From positions 1 to 37,119 of the forward strand of contig NW_021836837.1 in assembly GCF_006345805.1 (NCBI RefSeq): a stretch of 37,119 nt of DNA, read 5' to 3'. The position numbers were made by a program, and so were the translations under genes. This document shows, piece by piece, positions 22,755 to 33,377 of the stretch; positions within the stretch are counted from its first letter, which is position 1; every line of letters begins with the position of its first letter. The notes below the pieces were generated by a model, which saw only the letters and a program-made list of their open reading frames with translations, was not told where the DNA came from and did no database searches. Source of the DNA: Octopus sinensis. Taxonomy: Eukaryota.

Positions 22755-22990
22755 ATTATTATTATTGTTATTATTATTATTGTTATTATTATTATTGTTA
22801 TTATTATTATTGTTATTAATATTATTGTTATTATTGTTACTATTATTATTATTACTATTTTTATTACTATTTTTATTACTATTATTATTATTATTATTAT
22901 TACTACTATTATTATTGCTCTTATTATTATTACTATTATTATTATTACTATTATTATTGTTATTGTTGTTGTTGATATTGTTATCATTGT
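22755..22990. repeat. (ATT)n microsatellite
   Basis: Direct inspection. It explains the poly-L and poly-I ORFs. Confidence 0.95.
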
Positions 22991-23106
22991 GAAATTTTTA
23001 TTTATTATTTTATTTTGTTCAATGTAAATATATAACATTATTTGATGACTCATCATGCTATTCATGAGAGTTCACTTTAGCAAGCACGTGTTCACTTCGC
23101 TTACTA

Positions 23107-24372
23107 TCAGGTCATCCCATAAGTTCTGTCCATATTTTGAATAAAGAAAACAAGTGATCAAATGTTATATTTAATTGAAATTTAATCATCAATGTACTTT
23201 CCGTGATTATCTATGACTTGCTTCCATCTATTTACAAGCTTTTTAATCCCATCAATGTAAAACACTTTTAGTTTCAAAGCGAAGAACTCCTCCTGGCTTG
23301 TGAAAGTTATGCTCCCTAAATGATTCTGTAAACTATGAAACAAATGGTAGTCTGAAGGAGCAAGGTCGGGAGAATAAGGTGGATGAGGAATTTTTTCCCA
23401 ACCAAGCTCTTCAATTTTCTGTGATGTGATCTTTGTAGTGTTGGGGTCACGCACTGTCCTTATGAAACATCACTCCTTTTCGATTCACTAAAGTGGGTCA
23501 TATTTTTCTTCAAAGCCTGGTTCAAACACTCTAATTACTGACAGTAGACTTGAGCATTGATTGTTGCATTAGGTGGTAATAATTCAAAGTGAATTACTCC
23601 TTCGCAATCCCACCTCATAGAGAGAATAACCTTTTTCCCCGTGAAGTTCCCTTCTCGGTTGTGGTTGAGCTTTTTCCCTTTTACCAAGCCACTGTTTATG
23701 ACGTTTAACATTTCGATAGATCCATTTTTTGTCACCAGTCACAAGTCTATCCAAAAAGAGTGAAATGAGTTTGCAAGAATGGAGAGAAGAGCAGATGTCA
23801 ACTCGGGATTTGTGTTGCTTTCGGACCATTTATGAGGCACACATTTTCCAAGTTTAAGAACCTTTCCATGTTGTAGAAGATGATGCGGAACAGTTGTATG
23901 GTTTGAACTAAGCTTTATTGCCAATTCTTCAACTGATAATGCAGGATTTTCTTCAAGTAGTGCCTCAAGGAGCTTATCATCAAACTCAACTGGACGTCCT
24001 GTTCGATCTTCATCTTCAAGGCTGAAATCTCCACTTCTGAATATTGCAAACCATCTTCTGCAAGTTCTTTCATTTAAGCATTCTTTTCCATAAATTGAAT
24101 GCATGTTTCGAGTCTCTTCAGCTGCAGAGTTTCCTTTTTTGTACTCATAAAGCATTGTGCTTCAAATGCTCTTTGGATACTTCTATGTTAGAAAGGGTTT
24201 TAATCAAAGAAATTTTAATTCTATTATTCTGTAAAATAATATTTAATTAGTTTAAATGTACACAAATGCATAAAAATAATTTTGAATTCCTTTAGACAGT
24301 CTCAAATACTATTAAATTTCATTCAATTTTAAAAAAAAGGTAAAATCGGACAGAACTTATGGGATGACCTGA
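23107..24372 (-). mobile_element. Full-length mariner (DD34D) transposon, inactive
   Basis: Perfect 25-bp TIRs, tcaggtcatcccataagttctgtcc (23107-23131) and its reverse complement (24348-24372), each flanked by TA (23105-6, 24373-4). The length of 1266 bp is typical of mariner. Confidence 0.95.
23182..24186 (-). pseudogene. Mariner transposase pseudogene (frameshifts; probable start ATG mutated to ATA)
   Basis: Split over the ORFs 23739-24155, 23584-23829, 23535-23735 and 23182-23454. It contains the HTH N-terminus (MLYEYKKGNSAAEETRN...RWF..FRSGDFSLED), CVPHKW (WVPHEL motif), LVTGDKKW and HPPYSPDLAPSDYHLF. Confidence 0.92.
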
Positions 24373-24532
24373 TACTTCTTGGTATTTTTTGATAGCAATT
24401 TTAGGTTTTATGTCTACTTGTGTGTGGGGTGGGGCTGGGTTGGGTTGTATTTCCTATATCTATTATTTCTTACTTTCTTCCTTTCTTTATTCATATTTTT
24501 TACTTGTATTTATTTATTTATTTATTTACTTA

Positions 24533-24681
24533 TAAATTCGCTTCCCAACCACATGATTCCAGTTTCAGTCCCACAGTGTGATACTTTGGGCAAGTGATTT
24601 CTACTGATAAATTCCTGGACTGACCAAACCCTTGTGGGGGGATTTGGTAAATAGAAACTGAAAGAAGCCTCTCACATACAT

Positions 24682-24715
<34 letters not shown>
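24533..24715 (+). mobile_element. SINE family A, 5' half
   Basis: cttcccaaccacatgattccagtttcagtcccacag...gaaactgaaagaagcc followed by (TG)n. Confidence 0.75.
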
Positions 24716-24721
<6 letters not shown>

Positions 24722-24825
24722 ATATATGTCATCATCTAGCATCTGCTTTTCATGCTGGCACACACACACACTACAGTAACACCCCCTCCTTTGTGGTTAG
24801 CCATATTGAGATGGCTTTTATACCA

Positions 24826-24865
<40 letters not shown>

Positions 24866-24871
24866 CACGCG

Positions 24872-24924
<53 letters not shown>

Positions 24925-25917
24925 GATCCAAGGATTAAGGTGTAGGAAGTTAGTAAGCTTCAAGAAATCCATAAAAGATATAAAAAAAAGTAACTCTCAG
25001 GAACAATAATGGTTTATTGATGTAGAAGGTTGTAAATTTTTTCCAATATCGAAGTTTGATAAACTGTAAAAAAAAAAAGTTATTTTATAGTTCAGTTATC
25101 AACTGGGGCTGATGTGTATGTGAATCTACTCCATTCCCTAATTATATATATATTATATATATATATATATATCCATGCAGGATTATTCATTTTTCGATTC
25201 CTGGACCGTGAATCGAAACCAGAATCTTACAATTACGAGTGCAACACCTTAATCACCAAGCCACGTGCCTCCAATTAATAATGATAATGATGATGATAAT
25301 GATAATAGTGATATTTTTTTATCAGTACAGTACTTATTGACACATGCAGTAAATGTGTTACTGACATATTACAAAATATGTGAGGGACACAAACAAAATT
25401 ATATATAGCTGTGGGGAGGGGAAGATATGTTACTGTATATAAGGACTTGTGAAAAATTTCTAAATTGCCGTCAATAATTACACAGATTAATTAAATGAAA
25501 GTGTATAACCGAGATATTAATGAAACTAAGAAAGGCATAGGCCAACTCACCCATAAACAAGTGGGTAACATCTATTTGAATCAGAACATTTCAAAATCTC
25601 TGACTCTCTCTCTCTCCGCATCTCTCTCTCTTTCTCTTGCTCTCTCTCACACACATCTCTTCCATGCATTTGTAATACTTTAGCAAGTCTGAGGTCAGAG
25701 AAGGCAAGGAAAAAACCCACACCCTGGTAATAGTTGATGTAATGTTCTTCATACCATTCTTTATGCATTATTTACATTTTGACAGATATTTGTCCTCGTA
25801 TTGTTTGTTGTTAACACAACGTTTCGGTTGATGTACCCTCTGACAGAAACAGAAAGAAACCCTTCGTGTGTGTACACAGTATGTGTGTATGTATGTATAC
25901 TTAAATGCACACATACT

Positions 25918-26380
25918 TATGTGTGTATGTATTTGGGTGTGTCCCCTAACACCGCTCAACAACTGGTGTTGGTTTGTTTACGTCTTCGTAAATTAGAGCT
26001 TAAAAGATATAAGTATCAATTTGTTCAACTAAAACACTTCAAGGTGGTGCCGCAGCATGGCCACAGTCCAATGAGTGAAACAAGTAAAAGATAAAAGATA
26101 TACTGGGATTGATTTGTTCAACTAAAACCCTTCAAGGTGGTGCTCCAGCATGGCCACAGTCCAATGAGTGAAACAAGTAAAAGATAAAAGATATACTGGG
26201 ATTGATTTGTTCAACTAAAACCCTTCAAGGTGGTGCTCCAGTATGGCCACAGTCCAATGACTGAAACAAGTAAAAGATAAAAGATATACTGGGATTGATT
26301 TGTTCAACTAAAACCCTTCAAGGTGGTGCCCCAGCATGGCCACAGTCTAATGACTGAAACAAGTAAAAGATAAAATACAA
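25918..26380 (+). mobile_element. SINE family A 3' half with its terminal 93 bp amplified four times
   Basis: ttgttcaactaaaa recurs at 26021, 26114, 26207 and 26300 (period 93). Confidence 0.88.
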
Positions 26381-26436
26381 AATACTTTGATGTATAATGC
26401 ATAATTAATTTTTTTTCTTTTTCTATTATTCCACAG

Positions 26437-26615
26437 AATGCTCTGTAGTTGAGGCCTTGGAGATGGCATCATTGCATCCGGCGCAGCTGTTGAATATTTC
26501 AGACAAGAAAGGCTCTTTAGATTTTGGATCGGATGCAGACTTCATAATGTTGAATGACAATCTTGAAATTCAATCTACATACATCGCTTCGGAACTTGTG
26601 TGGCAGAAGTCTTGA
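26437..26615 (+). CDS. AMDHD2: Terminal coding exon of N-acetylglucosamine-6-phosphate deacetylase (NagA/AMDHD2)
   Basis: A polypyrimidine tract and ccacAG acceptor end at 26436. After 2 phase nucleotides the exon reads [58 protein letters not shown] (TGA 26613-26615). This is collinear with the recalled human AMDHD2 C-terminus ([56 protein letters not shown]). Not in the supplied ORF track. Confidence 0.95.
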
Positions 26616-26792
26616 ATGATTTTGAAGAATTTCTTCTCCAACTGAATAACAATGCTGTTTATAATAATAATGATAATAATATTAAAAATAATGATTTCGT
26701 TATCATACTAATAATAATATCCGGAGAAAATTCCCGAAGAACTTTTTTCTTGATACTTTCTGTAGTTTTTGATGTTCTTATGTAACTTTGTT

Positions 26793-26798
26793 AATAAA
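26793..26798 (+). promoter_or_regulatory. Probable polyadenylation signal of AMDHD2
   Basis: AATAAA ~180 nt after the stop codon, followed by T/GT-rich sequence (tgtctgttatgttttgg). Confidence 0.55.
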
Positions 26799-26845
26799 TA
26801 TTGGTTATTTCAATTCTTGGAATATATGTCTGTTATGTTTTGGCT

Positions 26846-27106
26846 TATTATTAATGGTGTGCCCGAATGTATTACATTCAGAATCAATGTCCTTAATACC
26901 GGTTTTTGCTTAGATATCGAGTAACTTTCTTACAATCCTTGCTGTTTCCAATGGATCAAGTTTCTGAATTAATGCAATTCTCGTTGTTACATCAACCTCA
27001 TAAAGTGGATTTATGTCTGTTGGTGACGGTACCTGGGGTACCTATAAACATTGGGGCTACTTTCGTAGAAATCCTCCACAGTCGTCGTATTTCCCTAGCC
27101 AAATCT
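26846..27106 (-). mobile_element. R4/Dong-clade (RLE) LINE 3' fragment
   Basis: The minus strand reads IDLAREIRRLWRISTKVAPMFIGTPGTV...(frameshift)...LETARIVRKLLDI*. This matches the R4-clade C-terminal pattern DLA.EI.RLW...V.PIVIGALG...LL.TARILRKVL. It lies next to an (AAT)n tract. Confidence 0.8.
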
Positions 27107-27134
27107 ATATTATTATTATTATTATTATTATTAT

Positions 27135-27615
27135 TGAGTGAGGGAGCAGTGCATGCCATCAAAATGACACTGGGGTAAAATATACGAAGCCCAGTATACC
27201 CATCATGACTACCCATCTGATAAGGGTACACTAGGCACATGCATCACAACCATATGTGCTCGATATGGTGATCTCATATCAAGACAAACAGCGCATGACC
27301 TTGCAGTTTGGGCCCAGTTAGAATTTTCTTCTGTTTGAGTAACCCATCCCGCTCAAAAAGTCCCTGAATGAGGGTTGTTTAAGGTATGTTGAACGAACCA
27401 CCCATGTTTCCAGAGGTGATTTATTCAAACCCCAAAGAATCTCTCTCAACACATGGCTATGATGCTCCCCCACTACTTCTGCTTGTGATCAGAGATGCAC
27501 ATATCGCCAGCCACTAAGGGACATGCTCAACTGGTTAAGGTCAAACAACTGACAAGCAAATCTGTGGTATTGAGCAGAATATTTGCTGTAGCCCATCTTT
27601 TATACAAAGCAAATC
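27135..27615. repeat. Unclassified interspersed repeat (family D)
   Basis: 27337-27613 is the reverse complement of 8545-9042 once the piggyBac MITE is removed. Confidence 0.75.
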
Positions 27616-27774
27616 TGTGGTATTATTATATTATTTTGCCGAGGTTGACTTTGCCTTTCATCCTTTTTTGGGGCTGGTCGGTAAATTAAGCACCAGTGAA
27701 ACACTGGGGGTTGATGTAATCGACGTAACCCCTTCCTCAAAATGGCTGCCCTTGTGGCAAAATTTGAAACCATT

Positions 27775-28135
27775 CTTTTATTCAGTTATTTGACTGTGGC
27801 CATGCTGGAGCAACGCGTTTAGTCGAACAAATCGACTCCAAGACTTATTCTTTGTAAGCCAAGTACTTATTGTGTCGGCTTCTTATGCCGAACCGTTAAG
27901 TTACGGGGATGTAAGCACACCAACATCGGTTGTCAAGCAATGTTGGGGGGATAAACACAGACACACAAACATGCGCGTGCGCACACACAAACATATATAC
28001 ATGATAGGCTTCTTTCAGTTTCCGTCTACCAAATGCCATCAAGGCTTTGGTCGGTCCGAGGCTATAGAAGACACCTGCCCAAGGTGCCATGTGATTGGTA
28101 AGCAAGCTACTTATCACACAGCCACTCCTGCGCCT
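27775..28135 (-). mobile_element. SINE family A
   Basis: Collinear with 10422-10836, with an internal deletion. Confidence 0.85.
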
Positions 28136-28160
28136 ATTATTGTTATTATTATTATTATTA

Positions 28161-28390
28161 AGGCGGCGAACTGGCAGAATCATTAGCACGCTGGACAAAA
28201 TGCTTAACCGTATTTTGTTCGTCTTTGCGTTCTGAGTTCAAATTCTGCCGAGGTTGACTTTACCTTTAATCCTTTCGGGGTTGATAAATTAAGTATCAGT
28301 GAAAGATTGGGGGTCGATATAATCGACTTATCCCCTTCCTCAAAATGGCTGTCGTTGTGGTAAAATTTGAAACCATTATTATTATTATTA
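28161..28390 (+). mobile_element. SINE family B, full length, alternative (ATT)n tail
   Basis: Same head and core as 9379-9607, but the tail is ccccttcctcaaaatggct...aaaatttgaaaccattatt. Confidence 0.85.
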
Positions 28391-28490
28391 TTTCTGGTTT
28401 ACATGGAATCGATTAATAACTTCCATCAAAATTGCCGGCCTTCTGTCTAAAATTAAAAATCATCATTGTGTTTTTTTTTATCAGTAGTGA

Positions 28491-28890
28491 AGGCGGCGAG
28501 CTGGCGGAATTGTTAGCATGCTGGGCAAAATGCTTAGCGGCATTTCGTCCGTCTTTGCGATCTGAGTTCAAATTCCACCGTGGTCAAAATTGCTTCTTTT
28601 CATCCTCTCGGGATCGATAAAATGAGTGCCCATCGATTACATCGAATGGGTCTTTACCTTAAAATTTCAAGCTTTGTACCTATAATAGAAAGGATTGTTA
28701 TTCAGGGTGGTGAATTTCCAGATGGTTGGAGCGCTGGACATAATGTTTCCGCCAAAATCAACTTTACCTTTCCTCCCCCTGGTGGAGGTGGTGATTGATA
28801 ACCAAAGTACCAGTCAAATACTGGGGTTCGTTGTAATCAACTAACCACCCTCCCTTGGGGGCCTCGTGCCAAAATTGGAAATAGTTATAT
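28491..28890 (+). mobile_element. Two diverged SINE family B copies
   Basis: Head at 28491 and a second decayed copy from ~28705. Confidence 0.7.
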
Positions 28891-28974
28891 TGCTGTGCTT
28901 GACTTTACTTTTGTCTCTCTGACGTTTAAATTAAGTACCCAGCATGTATGGGAATAAATTCAAGGTTTTGTGAT

Positions 28975-29355
28975 AATAATAGTAACGGTAGTAAAATGTC
29001 TTTTATTTGCCACCAGGGTCACAGATGAGAACTATCGCAAAACATACAATGTGTGTGGCAGGATGGGGGTTCTTTCTATTTGGTTGGAGTCTTTGGTTCA
29101 TCGTTGACATGTATCTTCGTTGTCTCTTTTCGATAAGTATTTCCATGGTCATTGCTCTGATGAACTTTCTGCTTTTCGGTTTGGTACCCTCTCTAAGCAC
29201 TTTTTAAATGTGTCACCTGCTTCTCTTCCGAAGCGTATCATTTCCCTGTTGAGTTTCCTGTTAGTCATAAGTCCTTTTATTATAATAATTTCTTTCCTTG
29301 AACTGCTGCTCACGGGAACTAAATAAACTAACATCGTCTCGTTTTCATCTGGTCT
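28975..29355 (-). mobile_element. Possible degenerate LINE (CR1/L2-group) 3' end
   Basis: The minus strand has DTFKKCLERVPN (similar to the FK..LD..L..IPD terminus), then AATAAA and a TAC/TAT tail. Heavily decayed. Confidence 0.35.
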
Positions 29356-29407
29356 TATTGTTATTATTATTATTATTATTCCGCCAAGGTCGACTTTGCC
29401 TTTCATC

Positions 29408-29645
29408 CAGAGGATGTGCAGATTGGTTACGGTTCAGTTCAGTCCATTATCATTGAAGATTTGGGTATGAGACACGTGTCTGCCAAGTTTGTACCAAAAC
29501 TGCTTTCAGCTGACCAAAAAGACATCCGAGTTTCAGTTGCACAAGATCTCCTTGATTCTGTCGAGAACGATGAAAACTTTTCAAAAACTTTGCGTAGGCC
29601 TCTGAGCAGGTATCAACAAGCTTTTGGCAAAATTTGATGCAGTAT
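29408..29645 (+). mobile_element. Fragment of the same mariner-derived element
   Basis: GSVQSIIIEDLGMRHVSAKFVPKLLSADQK. Collinear with 33695-33922, including the inversion junction. Confidence 0.8.
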
Positions 29646-30059
29646 TTCAAACTTCATCTGACATCACTTGAATTTGTAGGACCATTCTTTTACTTCTTTG
29701 TAGTCCCTTTACGATACAGTGGCATGAAGCCTTGTTTGGGACAAAACCATATAAAAAAAATGGACGTGAAATGTTATGTATACATTAGCATACAAATATA
29801 ATGTAGTCCTTTTGATACAGGAGTATCTTTATCAAGGCCACTAATAGTAATGATTACTAACGCAGACACAAAATAAGAAATTCTGTTGGAGATTTAGTGG
29901 GGTTAGTCAGTTATATCGACCCTAGTGCCGACAGGTATTTTATCAACGACAAAAGGATGAAAGGCAAAGTTAATCTTGGAGACGTATAAAGTCAGAACGC
30001 AAAAAGCCAGAACAAAGACCACAAAGAATAATTTTCATTGCTTTAATGCTGCTGATAAT

Positions 30060-30640
30060 GATAATAATTTCAAATTTTTGCTACAAGGGCAGCCTGGGGG
30101 AGGGGAATAAGTCGATTATATCGACCCCCAGTGTGTAACTGGTACTTAATTTATCGATCCCGAAAGGATGAAAGGCAAAGTCGACCTCGGCGGAATTTGA
30201 ACTCAGAACGTAAAGACAGCCCAAATACCTATTTCTTTTAGTACTCACAAGGGGCTAAACACAGAGGGGACAAACAAGGACAGACAAACGGATTAAGTCG
30301 ATTATATCGACCCCCAGTGCGTAACTGGTGCTTATTTAATCGACCCCCGAAAGGATGAAAGACAAAGTCGACCTCGGCGGAATTTGAACTCAGAACGTAA
30401 GGGCAGACGAAATACCTATTTCTTTACTACCCACAAGAGGCTAAACACAGAGGGGACAAACAAGGACAGACAAACGGATTAAGTCGATTATATCGACCCC
30501 AGTGCGTAACTGGTACATATTTAATCGACTCCGAAAGGATGAAAGGCAAAGTCGACCTCGGTGGAATTTGAACTCAGAACGTAGCGACATACGAAATACC
30601 GCTAGGCATTTCGCCCGGCGTGCTAACATTTCTGCCAGCG
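30060..30640 (-). mobile_element. Head-to-tail trimer of SINE family B
   Basis: The core gaaaggatgaaaggcaaagtcgacctcggcggaatttgaactcagaacgta occurs three times, ~185-190 bp apart. Confidence 0.9.
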
Positions 30641-31850
30641 TAATATAATAATACTAATAATAGTAATCCTTTCTATTTCCGATATTTAGTTGGAAAGGGT
30701 TCGTCAGTCACATTCCTTACCAGTTGCAGATAATTTTTAATCTGGTCTGACATAAGGAGACATTGTTTACTTCGAGATTTAGCTGCGAATTCTAGCAAGC
30801 CGGTTGGCTGGTTAACAACATTGAGGCTGCCTCATTGACTCAGATTTCCCCTCTACATTCTGTTTGGGACAGTTGCTATTACAATGATTACTCATTTCCA
30901 GAGGTTGTCCCGGAAATATCTGCACATCAATCACCTAGAAACCCCGACTCTAAAAAAAAAAAAAAATAAAAATAAAAAAATAAAAAAAATAAAAAAAAGA
31001 AAGAGAAAAAAGTGAAAGTAGCAGCTACGAAATCTACCATCCTTTCTCATACAAGCGACACCAGTTAACATCGACTGCATGTAACGATATACTACACATG
31101 TACACATGTATAACACTTGGAGCACACGTGATAGCAGCAACAGCAAACATGATACGCACAACCTTCGAGCGGTCACGGGTAGCAGCATTTGCCCAACACA
31201 AAGAAACGATTGTATCAGCAATACATTATGGGTTATGTCATACATCCCCATTCTCCACCTCTCCACAACATGCATCAAAAGAAGACAAAGCAGTGCTCTG
31301 TTATATAACAAGATACTCAAAGACCACACCTATATAGACTTATATCTGCACTGCAACCCGATGTATGAAATGTGTGCAGCAGACTGTAGCTGCAACAATA
31401 ATCTGCACAACAACCTGCCGAAAGAGGCGCTACATGTTCAGTGATCCAATTAGAAATAACTGCCAGATATCACTTAGATAACAATCAAACGTCTTCAAAA
31501 CAGGACGCACACATTAAATAATATAATCTAAATACGTAATGCTTAGAAAAAAGGAAAAAAAAAATTATAGCTAAAACGCTTATAGTCAAAAGTCTGCTCA
31601 GTTCCATTGACTCAGTGCTAAAAAAACAATAGCATATGCTGTCTGTCTGTCCTTAGTGCACGTGCAGTAACCTACTGAATCTATCATTACTTCTAATTTC
31701 TCTCCCCAGATCTGAGATTTTCCCCAACTATCTGGAATTGTGGATTTAATTCTAAAATATAGTTTATAATACGAATTTTTCATATGCTACAAATAAATTA
31801 GCTGAATTCCCATCCTCGACAAACTTGCGTCCGTACGTGAACACACCCAC

Positions 31851-31889
<39 letters not shown>

Positions 31890-31896
31890 CATCCAT

Positions 31897-32906
31897 CCCA
31901 AGCATTCTATAGGGGATTAGTGGAGGGGAGGTACGACGACGAGCTCGGGGCGAGCCTGGACGTCGACGAGGAATACCTGACCCGCCTGTTCGGGACGACT
32001 TTCGGGCCAGGGCCCATGGACAACTTCCAAAGATCCCTGGCCTGGCAGTGCTACCGAGAAGCGCTACCCGTTCGGGATAAACTATACAGACACGGCTCGA
32101 GAAACTTGGGGCCGAGATGCGGTCAGAGCGACGAAACCGTTCTGCACGCAATCGTGCAGTGTCCCACAATTTCCGACTGTGGGCTTATGTCGAACAACTG
32201 CTGTCACGTGTGGACGATCGGTTTATCAGCCGAGTCTATCGTCAATATTGTCACGCCTCCTTCCTTCAAACGGGAAGGAAGAGCTATTTTCATCATCCTT
32301 GTGGCTATGGCGAAAGAATGTATCTGGTGGACGCGTCTGAAAGGATTGGAGACAAACACTTTCCTCTCTGGTCAATCTCTCATCAACTTCTTCAAGTACC
32401 ACTTGAAAAGGAAAGTGAGAGTAGAGAGGCAAGTTTTGTCTAGCGAATGTTTTAAAAAAAGATGGGTGAATGTAGCAAGGATGGCACGTATGAATGACGA
32501 AGCCACCTTGAGCATAATCCTATGAACCCAGAAATTGAAAACAGAGGGTTACCCACTTGCAAACAAATGTGGTAACATATAACAATATTGACCGAGGTTA
32601 CCGTGGTCTTTTTCGTAGGCTTTTCTTCCCACAGATAAACCTTACTTGCTTCCCCCTTTACACCGTACATCATGACACTGTGATACACGATCCCTATTGA
32701 TCGTTTTTTCCCTCTTCCCCTTTTTTCCTCTTTTTTCTTTTTTTCTTTTTTCTTTTTGTTTCGTTTCCTTTTTTTTCTTTTTCCCTTTTACGATCCCTTT
32801 TGATCGAAAACCTACACCACTTTTTTTCACCCCCCCCCCAAGAAAAGCTCTACCTTGTAATTTGTCCCATCTGTGGGCACCCCTGTGTGGCCAATAAAGA
32901 AACTTA
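31897..32906 (+). mobile_element. 5'-truncated L1/Tx1-clade LINE (zf-RVT region, 3' UTR)
   Basis: ORF 31920-32525 includes WQCYREALPVRDKL...RCGQSDETVLHAIVQCP (zf-RVT CCHC remnant) and AKECIWWTR. A T-rich 3' UTR and terminal AATAAAGAAA follow. The element is flanked by (TATC)n and (TC)n microsatellites. Confidence 0.85.
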
Positions 32907-32956
32907 TCTCTCTCTCTCTCTCTCTCTCTCCCTCTCTCTCTATCTATCTATCTATC

Positions 32957-33187
32957 TTATTTCGTTATTGCCCACAAGGGGCTAAACATAGAAGGGACAA
33001 ACAAGGACAGGCAAAGAGATTAAGTCGATTATATCGATTCCAGTGCATAACTGGTACTTAATTTATCGACCTCGAAAGGATGAAAAGCAAAGTCGACCTC
33101 GGCGGAATTTGAACTCAGAACATAGCGGCAGACGAAATACTACTGAGCATTTCACCCTTCGTGCTAACGTTTCTGCCAGCTCACCGT
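32957..33187 (-). mobile_element. SINE family B, Tx1-like tail, in (TATC)n
   Basis: Collinear with 9379-9607. Confidence 0.88.
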
Positions 33188-33189
33188 CT

Positions 33190-33197
33190 TTATCTAT

Positions 33198-33236
<39 letters not shown>

Positions 33237-33338
33237 CCCATCCATCCATCCATCCATCCACCCACCCATCCACCCACCCATCCATCCACCCACCCACCCA
33301 CCCATCCATCCATTCATCCATCCATCTATCTATCTATC

Positions 33339-33369
<31 letters not shown>

Positions 33370-33377
33370 CTATCTAA
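33190..33377. repeat. (TATC)n/(CCAT)n/(CCAC)n tetranucleotide array
   Basis: Direct inspection. Confidence 0.95.

Noticed and set aside
22625-23065. Poly-L, poly-I and poly-Y ORFs
   Set aside because: (ATT)n microsatellite.
26020-26380. Regular repeats resembling a CRISPR array
   Set aside because: Contiguous 93-bp tandem units with no unique spacers, derived from a SINE tail in a eukaryotic context.
28161-28250. tRNA gene (A and B boxes)
   Set aside because: No cloverleaf, and it continues into the SINE core. This and the other A/B-box hits are SINE heads.
30931-31444. Overlapping ORFs in unique-looking sequence
   Set aside because: No recognisable motifs or splice signals, and one ORF depends on a poly-A/T tract.
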